A stretch of 64,000 bases of DNA from an uncultured Clostridia bacterium (GTDB taxonomy: Bacteria; Bacillota; Clostridia; Oscillospirales; Ruminococcaceae): NCBI GenBank assembly GCA_944385905.1, contig CALWZA010000019.1:37535-101534 (forward strand), read 5' to 3'. Shown here one piece after another: positions 10,193 to 19,613 of this stretch. The translations under genes were made by a program, and so were the position numbers. Each line of letters begins with the position of its first letter. Position 1 is the first letter of the stretch. The notes below the pieces were generated by a model that saw nothing but the letters and a program-made list of their open reading frames with translations, ran no database searches and was not told where the DNA came from.

Positions 10193-10993
10193 ATGACAAC
10201 AAAAATTAAAGTGCTTATAGGCGATGACACAAAAGAATACGGAACACCTTTCGCGGCGATTTTGAGAACGATGGGTTTTTATGTTTTAACTCGGCAAAAG
10301 GACGGCAATGCTGTTTTTGAGGCGATCAAGGATGAAACGCCCGATGTTGCGATAATAGACGCCGCGATGCCTAATCTTGACGCGGTAGAGCTTATGAAAA
10401 AGGTAAACAAGGGCGGATATAAAGCGCCGCTGTTTATTGTTACAAGTTCATATGACAATCCGTTTATTGAGAGACAGGTTATGGAAAACGGAGCGGCTTA
10501 TTATATTTTAAAGCCATTTGAGGCGAGAATGCTCGGTGACAGGATAAAGGCGCTTTTGGGAATTGAAATAATAGAGCCGTCGGTGCATGGTCAGGCTTCA
10601 CAGAATCCTATTAAAAAAATAAGCGAGACCGAAAGTCTCGAGGTAGTTGTCACTGATATAATTCATCAGCTCGGCGTTCCGGCGCACATTAAAGGATATC
10701 ATTATTTGAGAACCGCTATTTTGGACTGCATTGAGGATTCGGAAATGCTGGAGAGTGTGACTAAAGTTCTTTATCCGACTGTCGCTCAGAAATATAAGAC
10801 GACGCCCTCAAGAGTTGAAAGAGCGATCAGGCACGCGATTGAAATAGCTTGGGACAGAGGAAATATTGACACATTAAACTCGTTTTTCGGATATACTGTC
10901 AACACGGGAAAAGGCAAGCCGACAAACAGCGAGTTTATAGCGCTGATAACCGATAAAATCAGACTCAGATGCAAAAACGCAATGATGGCATAA
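10193..10993 (+). CDS. spo0A: Sporulation master regulator Spo0A.
   Basis: N-terminal receiver domain ([16 protein letters not shown]). The C-terminal Spo0A-specific DNA-binding domain reads [47 protein letters not shown]. Confidence 0.95.
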   Translation: MTTKIKVLIGDDTKEYGTPFAAILRTMGFYVLTRQKDGNAVFEAIKDETPDVAIIDAAMPNLDAVELMKKVNKGGYKAPLFIVTSSYDNPFIERQVMENGAAYYILKPFEARMLGDRIKALLGIEIIEPSVHGQASQNPIKKISETESLEVVVTDIIHQLGVPAHIKGYHYLRTAILDCIEDSEMLESVTKVLYPTVAQKYKTTPSRVERAIRHAIEIAWDRGNIDTLNSFFGYTVNTGKGKPTNSEFIALITDKIRLRCKNAMMA

Positions 10994-11055
10994 AAAAACG
11001 CCCTTTGAACGGAATAATTTCCGAACAAAGGGTGTTTTACTGTTGTTTCAAATAT

Positions 11056-12276
11056 TTACTCAATGCCCTTTCTGCTTAAAATATCGGCGATTTCGGCAAC
11101 GTCCTTGTCCCCTCTTCCCGAAAGGCAAACGACGATTATTTTGTCCTTATCAAGCGTCGGAGCCAGTTTTAACGCTCCCGCAACAGCGTGAGAGCTTTCA
11201 ATTGCCGGGATAATTCCCTCGACTCTTGAAAGCGTAAGGAAAGCGTTGATAGCCTCGTCGTCGGTCGCGCTGTCATATTCCGCTCTGCCGATTGCCTGAT
11301 AATAGCAGTGCTCGGGTCCCACACCGGGGTAATCGAGCCCGGCTGAAACAGAGTAAACAGGCAGAGGCTCGCCGTTCTCGTCCTGAATAACCTTGCATTT
11401 AAATCCGTGAAGGATTCCCGGGGTGCCTAGGGTGAGAGTCGCGGCATGATCTTGGGTGTCAAGACCGCGTCCCGCCGGTTCGATTCCGATCATCTTAACG
11501 CTTTCGTCATAGAAAAACGGCGCGAACATACCGATAGCGTTGCTTCCTCCGCCCACGCAAGCCATAACATAATCGGGGAGTCTGCCTTCGGCTTCAAGGC
11601 ACTGCTGCTTTGTTTCTTTTCCGATGCAGCTCTGAAAGTACCTTACCATTTCGGGATACGGGTCAGGGCCGACAGCCGAACCGAGCATATAATATGTGTC
11701 CTTATAGTTTGCGATAAGGTCTGCAAGAGCGACGTCAACGGCGTCCTTAAGAGTTCTGGTGCCGCTTGTGACCGCAACCACCTTAGCGCCGAGGAGTTTC
11801 ATTCTGAAAACGTTTAGCGCCTGTCTCCTCGTGTCCTCTTCGCCCATATAGACTACACATTCCATATCGAACAGTGCGCATGCGGTGGCGGTCGCGACTC
11901 CGTGCTGACCCGCTCCGGTTTCGGCTATGATTCTTTTTTTGCCGAGCCTTTTCGCCAAAAGAGCCTGACCGAGCACGTTGTTAAGCTTGTGAGAGCCGGT
12001 GTGGTTCATATCCTCGCGCTTAAGATAGATTTTCGCGCCTCCGAGCTGTTCGGAGAGCTTTTTTGCGCAGTAAAATTCCGATGGTCTGCCGATATAGTTT
12101 TTCTGATAAAACTCAAGTTCTTTCAAAAATTCGGGGTCTTTAATTTCCCTGTGGAATTCTGTTTTGATTTCCTCCATAATGGCTTCAAGCTCGGGGGGAA
12201 TAAAGCGTCCGCCGAAATCTCCGAAAAATCCTGTTGCGCTGGGGTTGTTTGTCATGCCTGTCATCATTGTGAACAT
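11056..12276 (-). CDS. trpB: Tryptophan synthase beta chain, with no trpA or other trp genes adjacent.
   Basis: Motifs are [25 protein letters not shown] (PLP lysine motif) and [13 protein letters not shown]. The start may be the ATG at 12267, which has better RBS spacing. Confidence 0.9.
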   Translation of the reverse strand: MFTMMTGMTNNPSATGFFGDFGGRFIPPELEAIMEEIKTEFHREIKDPEFLKELEFYQKNYIGRPSEFYCAKKLSEQLGGAKIYLKREDMNHTGSHKLNNVLGQALLAKRLGKKRIIAETGAGQHGVATATACALFDMECVVYMGEEDTRRQALNVFRMKLLGAKVVAVTSGTRTLKDAVDVALADLIANYKDTYYMLGSAVGPDPYPEMVRYFQSCIGKETKQQCLEAEGRLPDYVMACVGGGSNAIGMFAPFFYDESVKMIGIEPAGRGLDTQDHAATLTLGTPGILHGFKCKVIQDENGEPLPVYSVSAGLDYPGVGPEHCYYQAIGRAEYDSATDDEAINAFLTLSRVEGIIPAIESSHAVAGALKLAPTLDKDKIIVVCLSGRGDKDVAEIADILSRKGIE

Positions 12277-12330
12277 CCTTTCAAAAAATTATTTAAAGAA
12301 TGTTGTATCTTGCCTAAACCGAAGCTTTAC

Positions 12331-12593
12331 AAACAAAAAACGTCTGTCCTTAAAAATAAGGACAGACGTAAAATCTGCTTATGCCACCTTAATTTAAACG
12401 CGGTTATATATTCCGCTAAGCAAAATGCCAACACATTTCCGCCTTGTAACGCAGGCAAAGCGTCGGGGAGTACTGAGCGTTTAACTTTTGACCCCGCCCT
12501 CAATGGTCCATTTGTCAACACCGTTTGCTGCCGGTTTCCAGCGACCCGGCTCTCTGTAAGCGCGTATGAGGTTTAATCTCCATCTCTTAGGTT
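12331..12593 (-). promoter_or_regulatory. T-box leader with a Trp (UGG) specifier and intrinsic terminator, upstream of trpB.
   Basis: Read on the minus strand. The AGAGAG bulge and GCTGGAA distal loop are present. The specifier context is AAA-UGG-A (UGG is the complement of 12508-12510). The T-box sequence AAATTAAGGTGGCA lies at 12378-12395. The terminator ACGTCTGTCCTTA/TAAGGACAGACGT (12340-12369) is followed by a U-run. Confidence 0.8.
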
Positions 12594-12600
12594 TAAAGGC

Positions 12601-12629
12601 ATAATATCATATTATTTACCGTTTGTCAA
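12601..12629 (-). promoter_or_regulatory. SigmaA promoter of the T-box/trpB transcript.
   Basis: Minus strand: TTGACA (12629-12624), 17 nt, TATTAT (12606-12601). Confidence 0.6.
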
Positions 12630-12649
12630 GAGATAAAAGCGAAAAAATT

Positions 12650-12695
12650 TAAAAAGAAAAAAACAAACGGCCGGACATAACACCCGCCGTTTGTT
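12650..12695 (-). terminator. Intrinsic terminator after tRNA-Arg.
   Basis: Minus-strand hairpin AAACAAACGGC/GCCGTTTGTTT followed by a long U-run. Confidence 0.6.
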
Positions 12696-12772
12696 TGGCG
12701 TGCCTGGAGGGATTCGAACCCGCGACCTTTTGGTTCGTAGCCAAACACTCTATCCAGCTGAGCTACAGGCAC
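12696..12772 (-). tRNA. tRNA-Arg (anticodon ACG), with encoded CCA.
   Basis: The reverse complement is GTGCCTGTAGCTCAGCTGGATAGAG..TTTGG-CTACGAA-CCAAA..GGTTCGAATCC..CAGGCACGCCA. All cloverleaf arms pair. Confidence 0.9.
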
Positions 12773-12875
12773 ATTCAACTTTATTATGTTACCACATCCA
12801 AACTGAAATGTCAATACCCAAAGTTTAAAAACAGCAAAACGGCTTCGAGTTGATTTCAATTATAACGGAAGTCTG

Positions 12876-15038
12876 TCACACATGGTTGAAAGGAGCGCAG
12901 TATCTTTTTCTGTATTGAATCGGCGACATGCCGACAGTTTGTTTAAACTGACGCGCAAAATATTTTTCGCTTGTGTATCCGCATTGGACAGCTATCGTAT
13001 ATATGCTCATAACCGTTGTGCACAGAAGGTATCTCGCCAGCATAATTTTTTCGTTTATACAGTCCTGAACATAGCTTACGCCGAAGCATTTTTTGTATAC
13101 CGAACGGAAATATCCGATACTTATGCAAAGCTTTCTGCTTGCCGAGTCGGTGTCGGGAGAGGCCTGAGGATTTGTAATGACCTCTTTTCTAAGTTCAAGC
13201 AGGTTGTTAAACTGTGTAACAGGCTCTCTGTTTTTAAGCAGGAAAGCGGTCTGGCCGGAGGAGCTTTCGGTCTTGCTGATTATGTTGTCAATATCCTTTG
13301 AGGAGTATCCTTCGCAGTCTTCAACGGAAATAATCAGTGAAGGGTTTTCGTAATACTTAGCATAAATATTGCGATGAAGAATAACATTTATTCTCTCCGA
13401 AAGAATTTCTCGTTTTTCATGGCACAAAATTAAAAACAGGTTGTTATCCGCTCTGCAGCATATTTCCTTGTCGGTGCATATTTGTTTTATAGTTTGAGCG
13501 AATGACGAAATAATATCGCTTTGATAGTTTCTTTCAAAAGAATATTCTTTATCGGAACAGAAGTTTACTTTTATGGCGATAATGCCTGTCTTTTTACTGT
13601 CGCTTTCCTCGGCAGAGCGGCGAAATTCCGTGATTTTGCAAAATCCCGTCAGCGCGTCGTACAGAGAAGAGGTGCGCTGACAAAGGGACAGATAGTGGTT
13701 GTCGTTTTTCAGACGAAGAAACTCAAGGGCGTTTGAGATAGTCTGATTCCAGTTTCTGAAGCTGAAATCATAGCCGTCCGGAGTTTCATATGCAGACACA
13801 GCGCAGCCGTAGAATCTGGTTTGAAAATAAACGGGACTGAAATAATATACTGCCGGCTTCTGACGGGACTGAGTGATCGCGGAAAGCAGCGTGCCTTTTG
13901 AAACCATAATAGGTTCGCCGGGGGTTTTCATTCCGTTTATTTCGCAGCACAAATAGGCATCTCCCGCGTATTCGGAGCTGTTCCAATCCTTATCGAGGCA
14001 CAAATAAAGGCTGCTTGCCCCATGGAGCAGATAAAAATAGTTATTTAAAGCTTCGATATATTCTCTAAGAGTTCTGCACAGGGTAAGGTCGACAGAAAAC
14101 TGAGCGACACAAAACTGAGCTATGCTGCTAAGAAACATATTGGGATGGTCTATACGCTCTAAGTATATTTCGTCATAAAGCTCTGAGGGATTTGTTCCGC
14201 AGGAGCAGGTGCTTCCCGAAACAAATCTGTTCGAGTCATCAATCGTGTAGTTTGAGGAAAGCAGATAATTAACCGCTTTTATTCCGATAGTGCGTCTTCC
14301 GCCTCGGAATGTTGTTAAAACGGGATAGTGATATATTCTTCCTCCGGTATAGTCATAACCCGTGACAGTCACATCTTCAGGTATTCGGATTCCGGCTACC
14401 GAAAGGGTGTCGCAAAGCTGGTATGCCATGCAGTCATTGGCGCACATTACTGCTTGTGGCAGAGAAAGTTCGCCGCTTATATAGCGATTAGCAAGCGATT
14501 CTCCCGAGTCATACCAAAAATCACCGAAAAAGACCTTGTTCTCATCAAACGGTATACCGTGCTTTTCAAAAGCTCTTTTACAGCCGCGGACTCTTCTGTG
14601 GGAAAAAATATTTTCTTTCGGACCCGTAAGGATGTGTATGTCGGTGATGTTGTGAATGGTTATCAGGTGTTCGCATAGCTTTTCCATATCATCGTCGTCA
14701 TCGAAAAACAAGCTGTGAAAGCCCTCGATTTCTCCGCCTATAACTGCCGCAGGCTTTTTTGCTTCCCTGATTTTCTCAAAGATGTCTGAAAACATAGAAA
14801 GATCCATAAATGCCTCGGCAGTGATAATCACGCCGTCAAAATCGGAAGGGTCAAAAAAATCATATATAATATTTTCAAAATTAAGCACATTATCTTTGAT
14901 CCAGTGATTATGAATATTTGAAAATACAACCACGTCAACATTTTCTGAAAACGCTGCTTCTGCTATTCCGAGAAGAATATCCTTTTGAATTCTGTCATCA
15001 GCTCTCGCAGTTATAACAGCGATTTTTTTTCTTAGCAT
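12876..15038 (-). CDS. Hybrid transcriptional regulator: N-terminal periplasmic-binding-protein (LacI-type sugar-binding) fold, a central domain, and a C-terminal AraC HTH.
   Basis: 720 aa. The N-terminus IAVITARADDRIQKDILLGI..VDVVVFSN resembles a sugar-binding PBP domain. The C-terminus SIGYFRSVYKKCFGVS...GYTSEKYFARQFKQTVGMSPIQYR is an AraC-type HTH. It is divergent from the GH43 genes. Confidence 0.7.
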   Translation of the reverse strand: MLRKKIAVITARADDRIQKDILLGIAEAAFSENVDVVVFSNIHNHWIKDNVLNFENIIYDFFDPSDFDGVIITAEAFMDLSMFSDIFEKIREAKKPAAVIGGEIEGFHSLFFDDDDDMEKLCEHLITIHNITDIHILTGPKENIFSHRRVRGCKRAFEKHGIPFDENKVFFGDFWYDSGESLANRYISGELSLPQAVMCANDCMAYQLCDTLSVAGIRIPEDVTVTGYDYTGGRIYHYPVLTTFRGGRRTIGIKAVNYLLSSNYTIDDSNRFVSGSTCSCGTNPSELYDEIYLERIDHPNMFLSSIAQFCVAQFSVDLTLCRTLREYIEALNNYFYLLHGASSLYLCLDKDWNSSEYAGDAYLCCEINGMKTPGEPIMVSKGTLLSAITQSRQKPAVYYFSPVYFQTRFYGCAVSAYETPDGYDFSFRNWNQTISNALEFLRLKNDNHYLSLCQRTSSLYDALTGFCKITEFRRSAEESDSKKTGIIAIKVNFCSDKEYSFERNYQSDIISSFAQTIKQICTDKEICCRADNNLFLILCHEKREILSERINVILHRNIYAKYYENPSLIISVEDCEGYSSKDIDNIISKTESSSGQTAFLLKNREPVTQFNNLLELRKEVITNPQASPDTDSASRKLCISIGYFRSVYKKCFGVSYVQDCINEKIMLARYLLCTTVMSIYTIAVQCGYTSEKYFARQFKQTVGMSPIQYRKRYCAPFNHV

Positions 15039-15237
15039 AAAATCGGCATCCTTTCAAAAACATATAAATATTATATCCTCGATTTGCCTGCATGTCAATC
15101 GAAAAGTGTACTTTACGAATAAAAGGTGTAAAAAAGAAATATCGATGATTGACTTTGCTTTTTTTACTGATATAATTTACTTGATGTACTTAATGTACAA
15201 ATTGTATATAAAGTCTAACAAAACGGAGGTATTTTGA

Positions 15238-17355
15238 ATGAATATGATGAAACGAATGGTCGCCTTATTGTGTGCCGCGTCATTGCTGCTGGCAGTCGGC
15301 TGTTCCGAAGACGAACCGGAAACCGATAACCCGTCAACTACGACAAGCTCAACACTCGGTTCCGGCACAGACAGCGACACGGAAGCTGTCAGTGATGATG
15401 TCACCGAGGAGGAAATTTTGGAAAGCCTGAACAACGGAATAATAATCGATGCTGTAAGTGAAAACGCATATAAAGGAGAGCATACCGCCAACCCGTTATC
15501 GTCTAATATCTTCTGCGCGGACCCTACCGCTATTGAATATAACGGCAGACTTTATGTCTACGGCACAAACGATCAGCAGGTACTTGAGGACCACGGAACA
15601 GAAATGGACTACGGATATATTAAGTCGCTTGTAGTCTTTTCGACCGACGACATGGTAAACTGGATTTATCACGGCAGAATCGAAGTAGGCGAGATTGCAC
15701 CGTGGATATACAACTCATGGGCTCCGTCAATCTGCTCAAGAGTTGAGGACGACGGACTCACACACTTCTATCTGTACTTTTCAAACGGAGGAGCAGGCGT
15801 CGGCGTCATCACTTCTACCGACCCTGTTACCGGCTGGACAGACCCGCTCGGCGAGCCTTTTGTTTATCAGAACATGCCGGGACTTGAAAACTGCCCCGCG
15901 CCGTTTGACCCGGGAGTATGTATAGATGAAAACGGAGTAGGCTGGCTTTCGTTCGGAGGAGGAGCTCCCGCAGACGGAGCTATGCATTCCAACATTCCGA
16001 AGATTGTGAAGCTCGGCGAGGATATGCTTTCATTTGACAGCGAGTTTGTATCAATTGACGCTCCGTATTTCTTTGAGGCAAGCGAGCTCAACTACATAGA
16101 CGGCACATATTACTACTCTTACTGCACAGACTGGGGAAACAGAGACGAATGGGATTATGAGGGCATTGACGCTCCTCCGTCCGCAGGAATTGCGTACATG
16201 ACAACAAAAACCCCTCTTGACGCAGACAGCTGGGAATTTATAGGAACCTACTTCTACAATGCGGGACAGAATGCAGAGGGAGCTTCGGGATTTAAATGGT
16301 CAAACAACCACACTCATTTCCTTGAGTTTAACGGCGTAAACTATATCGTTCACCACACACAGTTTCTCGAAGAGCTTATGAAGGAAACAACCGGCTTCAG
16401 AAGCATTATGGTTGATTATCTCCCTATGGATACAACTACGGGGGAGATACCCATTACAGCGGCAACCAAAGACGGAGTAAAGCAGATAAAGCTTGTAGAT
16501 CCTTATGTCGACAACAACGGCGGTCTGATGTTCACATCAGCCGACATCGGATATGACAAGGTTACGAATCCTGCAGCAAAGAGCCTTGCAGACGGCGCGT
16601 GGGTATATGTAAGAGGCGTTGATTTCGGATACGGGGCTTCCGATTTTACAGCTGAGGTAAAGGGCACCGGAAGAATTGAAGTCAGGCTCGATGATATCAG
16701 TTCCGAAGCGGTTGCGTTTATAGAATTTGACTGCGATGACTTCACAAAAGTCCGCTCTGCCGACTTTGCGGAATTTGAAGGAAGAAATCACGATGTTTAC
16801 TTTGTGTTCTCAGGAGCGGACATTGAATTAAAGTCATGGATATTTACAAAGGGCGAAGAAGAGCTCAGACCTGAGGAAGACATTGCCGCAAACGAAATTT
16901 CATATGAAACAGTAACAATTCTTGGACAGGCGGAAAATCCGTATTATTCGCTTATGGCGGGGTTTGACGTCACTAAAAACGGCGATTACTCGGTAAAGAC
17001 ATCTCCGTTTGACGAGGGATGCGCACTTATAAATATGGGCTTTATAGATTCGATGCCTGAATCGTCCTTGACTGTCAAGGTAAACTCGATTACTTTTGAG
17101 ACTGCAAACGGCGAAGTAGAAGTACCGGTTGACGTTGAATTACTCACCAAAGGCCAGCAGCTCACCTCACTTGCAAATGGCTGGGGCGGATTTACTATCG
17201 GAACGCTCATTTACGGCACAGAGGACTGCGGAATATTTGCTGAAGCGACAGATGTTGAATTTGTCGGAAGCAGAATGGCGCTTAAGGTTGACGGAGAGGA
17301 AGTTCCTTTCACATCTATGACCTATAATGTAACAGTAAGCGGCTTTGGTGAATAA
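15238..17355 (+). CDS. GH43 glycoside hydrolase (arabinofuranosidase/xylosidase type) with a CBM6-like module; lipoprotein.
   Basis: Lipobox LLLAVGC. GH43 motifs FCADPTAIEYNGRLYVYGT and SWAPSI. The later segment GAWVYVRGVDFGYGASDFTAEVKGTGRIEVRLD is CBM6-like. Confidence 0.8.
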   Translation: MNMMKRMVALLCAASLLLAVGCSEDEPETDNPSTTTSSTLGSGTDSDTEAVSDDVTEEEILESLNNGIIIDAVSENAYKGEHTANPLSSNIFCADPTAIEYNGRLYVYGTNDQQVLEDHGTEMDYGYIKSLVVFSTDDMVNWIYHGRIEVGEIAPWIYNSWAPSICSRVEDDGLTHFYLYFSNGGAGVGVITSTDPVTGWTDPLGEPFVYQNMPGLENCPAPFDPGVCIDENGVGWLSFGGGAPADGAMHSNIPKIVKLGEDMLSFDSEFVSIDAPYFFEASELNYIDGTYYYSYCTDWGNRDEWDYEGIDAPPSAGIAYMTTKTPLDADSWEFIGTYFYNAGQNAEGASGFKWSNNHTHFLEFNGVNYIVHHTQFLEELMKETTGFRSIMVDYLPMDTTTGEIPITAATKDGVKQIKLVDPYVDNNGGLMFTSADIGYDKVTNPAAKSLADGAWVYVRGVDFGYGASDFTAEVKGTGRIEVRLDDISSEAVAFIEFDCDDFTKVRSADFAEFEGRNHDVYFVFSGADIELKSWIFTKGEEELRPEEDIAANEISYETVTILGQAENPYYSLMAGFDVTKNGDYSVKTSPFDEGCALINMGFIDSMPESSLTVKVNSITFETANGEVEVPVDVELLTKGQQLTSLANGWGGFTIGTLIYGTEDCGIFAEATDVEFVGSRMALKVDGEEVPFTSMTYNVTVSGFGE

Positions 17356-17458
17356 TAAATCTCTTAGTAAACTTTAAACCGCAAACCCGTGGGCTAACCG
17401 CCCGGGATTTGTGACATCATTAACCGCACGGCAATTTAAAACAACAAGGAGGAAATAC

Positions 17459-19264
17459 ATGAAAAGATTACTCAGCGCTGTTTTAGCGTCGCTTTTGGCA
17501 GTGTCGATTCTTGCTTCATGCGGAGACGAACAAAAGAGTGGGGGCTCGCAGTCTATTAACTCTCAGCAGCCTACTGTCGGCGAGGTATCCGACACTGAAG
17601 AGAACGATGTCTCAGAACCTGAAGGGGAGAAAGAAATGCTTGATCAAAACATTATCAAGTCCACAATTGCTTCGACTGATGACGGAAACGGAAACTACAC
17701 AAACCCCGTTATTTTTGCCGATGTTCCTGACATTGACTTTATCCGTGTCGACGATGCGTACTACATGGTTTCAACAACTATGCACCTGTCACCGGGATGC
17801 CCTATAATGAAGTCGTATGACCTCGTAAACTGGGAAATCGTAAACTATGTATTCAACATCCTTGACGACACCGATGCTCTTGCTCTGAGAAACGGTCAGA
17901 ACAACTACGGAAAAGGTCAGTGGGCATCATCAATCCGCTATCATGACGGCTTGTTCTATGTCGGATTCGTGTCCTACACAACAGGAAAAACCTACATTTA
18001 CTACACAGACGATATTGAAAACGGAAAATGGGACCGTTATGAGTTTAACGAGGGATTCCATGATATGAGCCTGTTGTTTGACGATGACGGCAAAGTTTAT
18101 ATGATTTACGGCGGAGGTCAGATCTGGTGCGTAGAGCTTGAGTCCGACCTCAGCGCAATCAAGCCTGATACAAGAAGAGTAATCATCGATGACGCAGGGC
18201 TTGTTGAGGGATGCCTTGCAGAGGGCGCTCATGCTTATAAGCTCAACGGATATTACTACATTTTCATAATCACATGGCCTCCTGAGGGAAGAAGAACCCA
18301 GCTTTGCTACAGAAGCAAATCGTTGGACGGCGATTGGGAAATGAAGATCATCCTCGATGACAATCTTGAGTTCAGAAATGACGGAGTTGCTCAGGGAGGT
18401 ATTATCGACGATGTCAACGGAAACTGGTATTGCCTTTTGTTCCAGGATCACGGAGCTGTAGGAAGAACTCCTGTTCTGATGACAATGACTTGGGAAGACG
18501 ACTGGCCGGTAGTAGGCGTTGACGGAAAGGCACCTCTGACCGCTAAGATTCCACTTGAGGGCGTCGGCAAGAAGAGCATAATCACAAGCGATGAGTTTAT
18601 CAACTCGGAAATTGTAAGACCGTATGTAAACATGCCGGAGAACCCCGATGAACCCGGCGAAAACGATTACAACGGCTCTAACCTCCTTCCTGAATGGCAG
18701 TGGAACCATAACCCTGACAACCGTCTGTGGTCACTGACCGAAAGAGAGGGCTATCTCAGACTCAAGACCGGAGATATAGTTAAAACTGTAACCGAGGCGA
18801 GAAACACACTGACACAGAGAACTTTCGGACCTGAGTGCAGCGGATATATCAAGCTTGACACCGCAAATATGAAAGACGGAGACGTCGCAGGACTTGCTGC
18901 ATTTGCGGAGAAATACGGATTCGTAGGAGTTAAAGCTGAAAACGGAAAGAAATTCCTCGCAATGGTAAAATATGAAGACAATGAAATGTTTAAGAGAGAA
19001 TTTGAAGTAAGGAGAGTTCCTCTCGAACAGGATGAAGTTTACCTCAGAGTTGATTTTGATTTCACAAACGCTACGGATAAGGCATATTTCTACTACAGCC
19101 TTGACGGCGAAACATGGACAAAAATCGGCGACAATCTGCAAATGAACTACTACGGAACTCACTTTATGGGTTATCGATTCGGTATATTCAACTTTGCTAA
19201 GCAGCAGTCAGGCGGATATGTCGATGTAGACTTCTTCAGAGTAGGCAATGAAATAATCAGATAA
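17459..19264 (+). CDS. GH43 glycoside hydrolase (beta-xylosidase/arabinanase-like) with a C-terminal beta-sandwich domain; lipoprotein.
   Basis: The ATG at 17459 follows the RBS AAGGAGG. Lipobox ILASCG. Motifs NPVIFADVPDIDFIRVDDAYYMVSTTMH and EGAHAYKLNGYYYIF. Confidence 0.8.
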   Translation: MKRLLSAVLASLLAVSILASCGDEQKSGGSQSINSQQPTVGEVSDTEENDVSEPEGEKEMLDQNIIKSTIASTDDGNGNYTNPVIFADVPDIDFIRVDDAYYMVSTTMHLSPGCPIMKSYDLVNWEIVNYVFNILDDTDALALRNGQNNYGKGQWASSIRYHDGLFYVGFVSYTTGKTYIYYTDDIENGKWDRYEFNEGFHDMSLLFDDDGKVYMIYGGGQIWCVELESDLSAIKPDTRRVIIDDAGLVEGCLAEGAHAYKLNGYYYIFIITWPPEGRRTQLCYRSKSLDGDWEMKIILDDNLEFRNDGVAQGGIIDDVNGNWYCLLFQDHGAVGRTPVLMTMTWEDDWPVVGVDGKAPLTAKIPLEGVGKKSIITSDEFINSEIVRPYVNMPENPDEPGENDYNGSNLLPEWQWNHNPDNRLWSLTEREGYLRLKTGDIVKTVTEARNTLTQRTFGPECSGYIKLDTANMKDGDVAGLAAFAEKYGFVGVKAENGKKFLAMVKYEDNEMFKREFEVRRVPLEQDEVYLRVDFDFTNATDKAYFYYSLDGETWTKIGDNLQMNYYGTHFMGYRFGIFNFAKQQSGGYVDVDFFRVGNEIIR

Positions 19265-19360
19265 CCAAATTAGAGGTTTGCTTTTAATTATATTTAAACT
19301 GCCTTAAAGCACAACGGTGTATTAAGAAGAGAAAAGAAAAGAATAAAAGTTAACAAAACA

Positions 19361-19404
19361 AGCCGAATGACCGCAATATAAAGGGTGCGGTCATTCGGCT
19401 TTTA
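19361..19404 (+). terminator. Intrinsic terminator after the GH43 pair.
   Basis: 15-bp perfect stem AGCCGAATGACCGCA/TGCGGTCATTCGGCT followed by TTT. Confidence 0.7.
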
Positions 19405-19486
19405 ACCTTTTAAATTTGGACGGACAAGTTAATTCTGAAAACTAAAAAAGAGCCCCAACGCTCAAAATCGCGTGCAGGCTCTCGAC

Positions 19487-19564
19487 TGGCGCGACTGACA
19501 GGATTCGAACCTGCGGCAACCCAGCGTCGGAGGCTGGTGCTCTATCCAACTGAGCTACAGTCGC
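19487..19564 (-). tRNA. tRNA-Arg (anticodon CCG), with encoded CCA.
   Basis: The reverse complement is GCGACTGTAGCTCAGTTGGATAGAGCA-CCAGC-CTCCGAC-GCTGG..GGTTCGAATCC..CAGTCGCGCCA. Confidence 0.9.
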
Positions 19565-19613
19565 ATATCAGCGGAGAGTTTTATTTCTCCGCTTTTTATT
19601 ATATGTTGTTTTA

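Noticed and set aside
12626-12859. ORFs overlapping tRNA genes (12626-12859, 38244-38444, 38322-38543, 40687-40935, 40701-40925).
   Set aside because: They are read through tRNA and terminator sequence and have no coding features. The tRNA cloverleaves explain the sequence.
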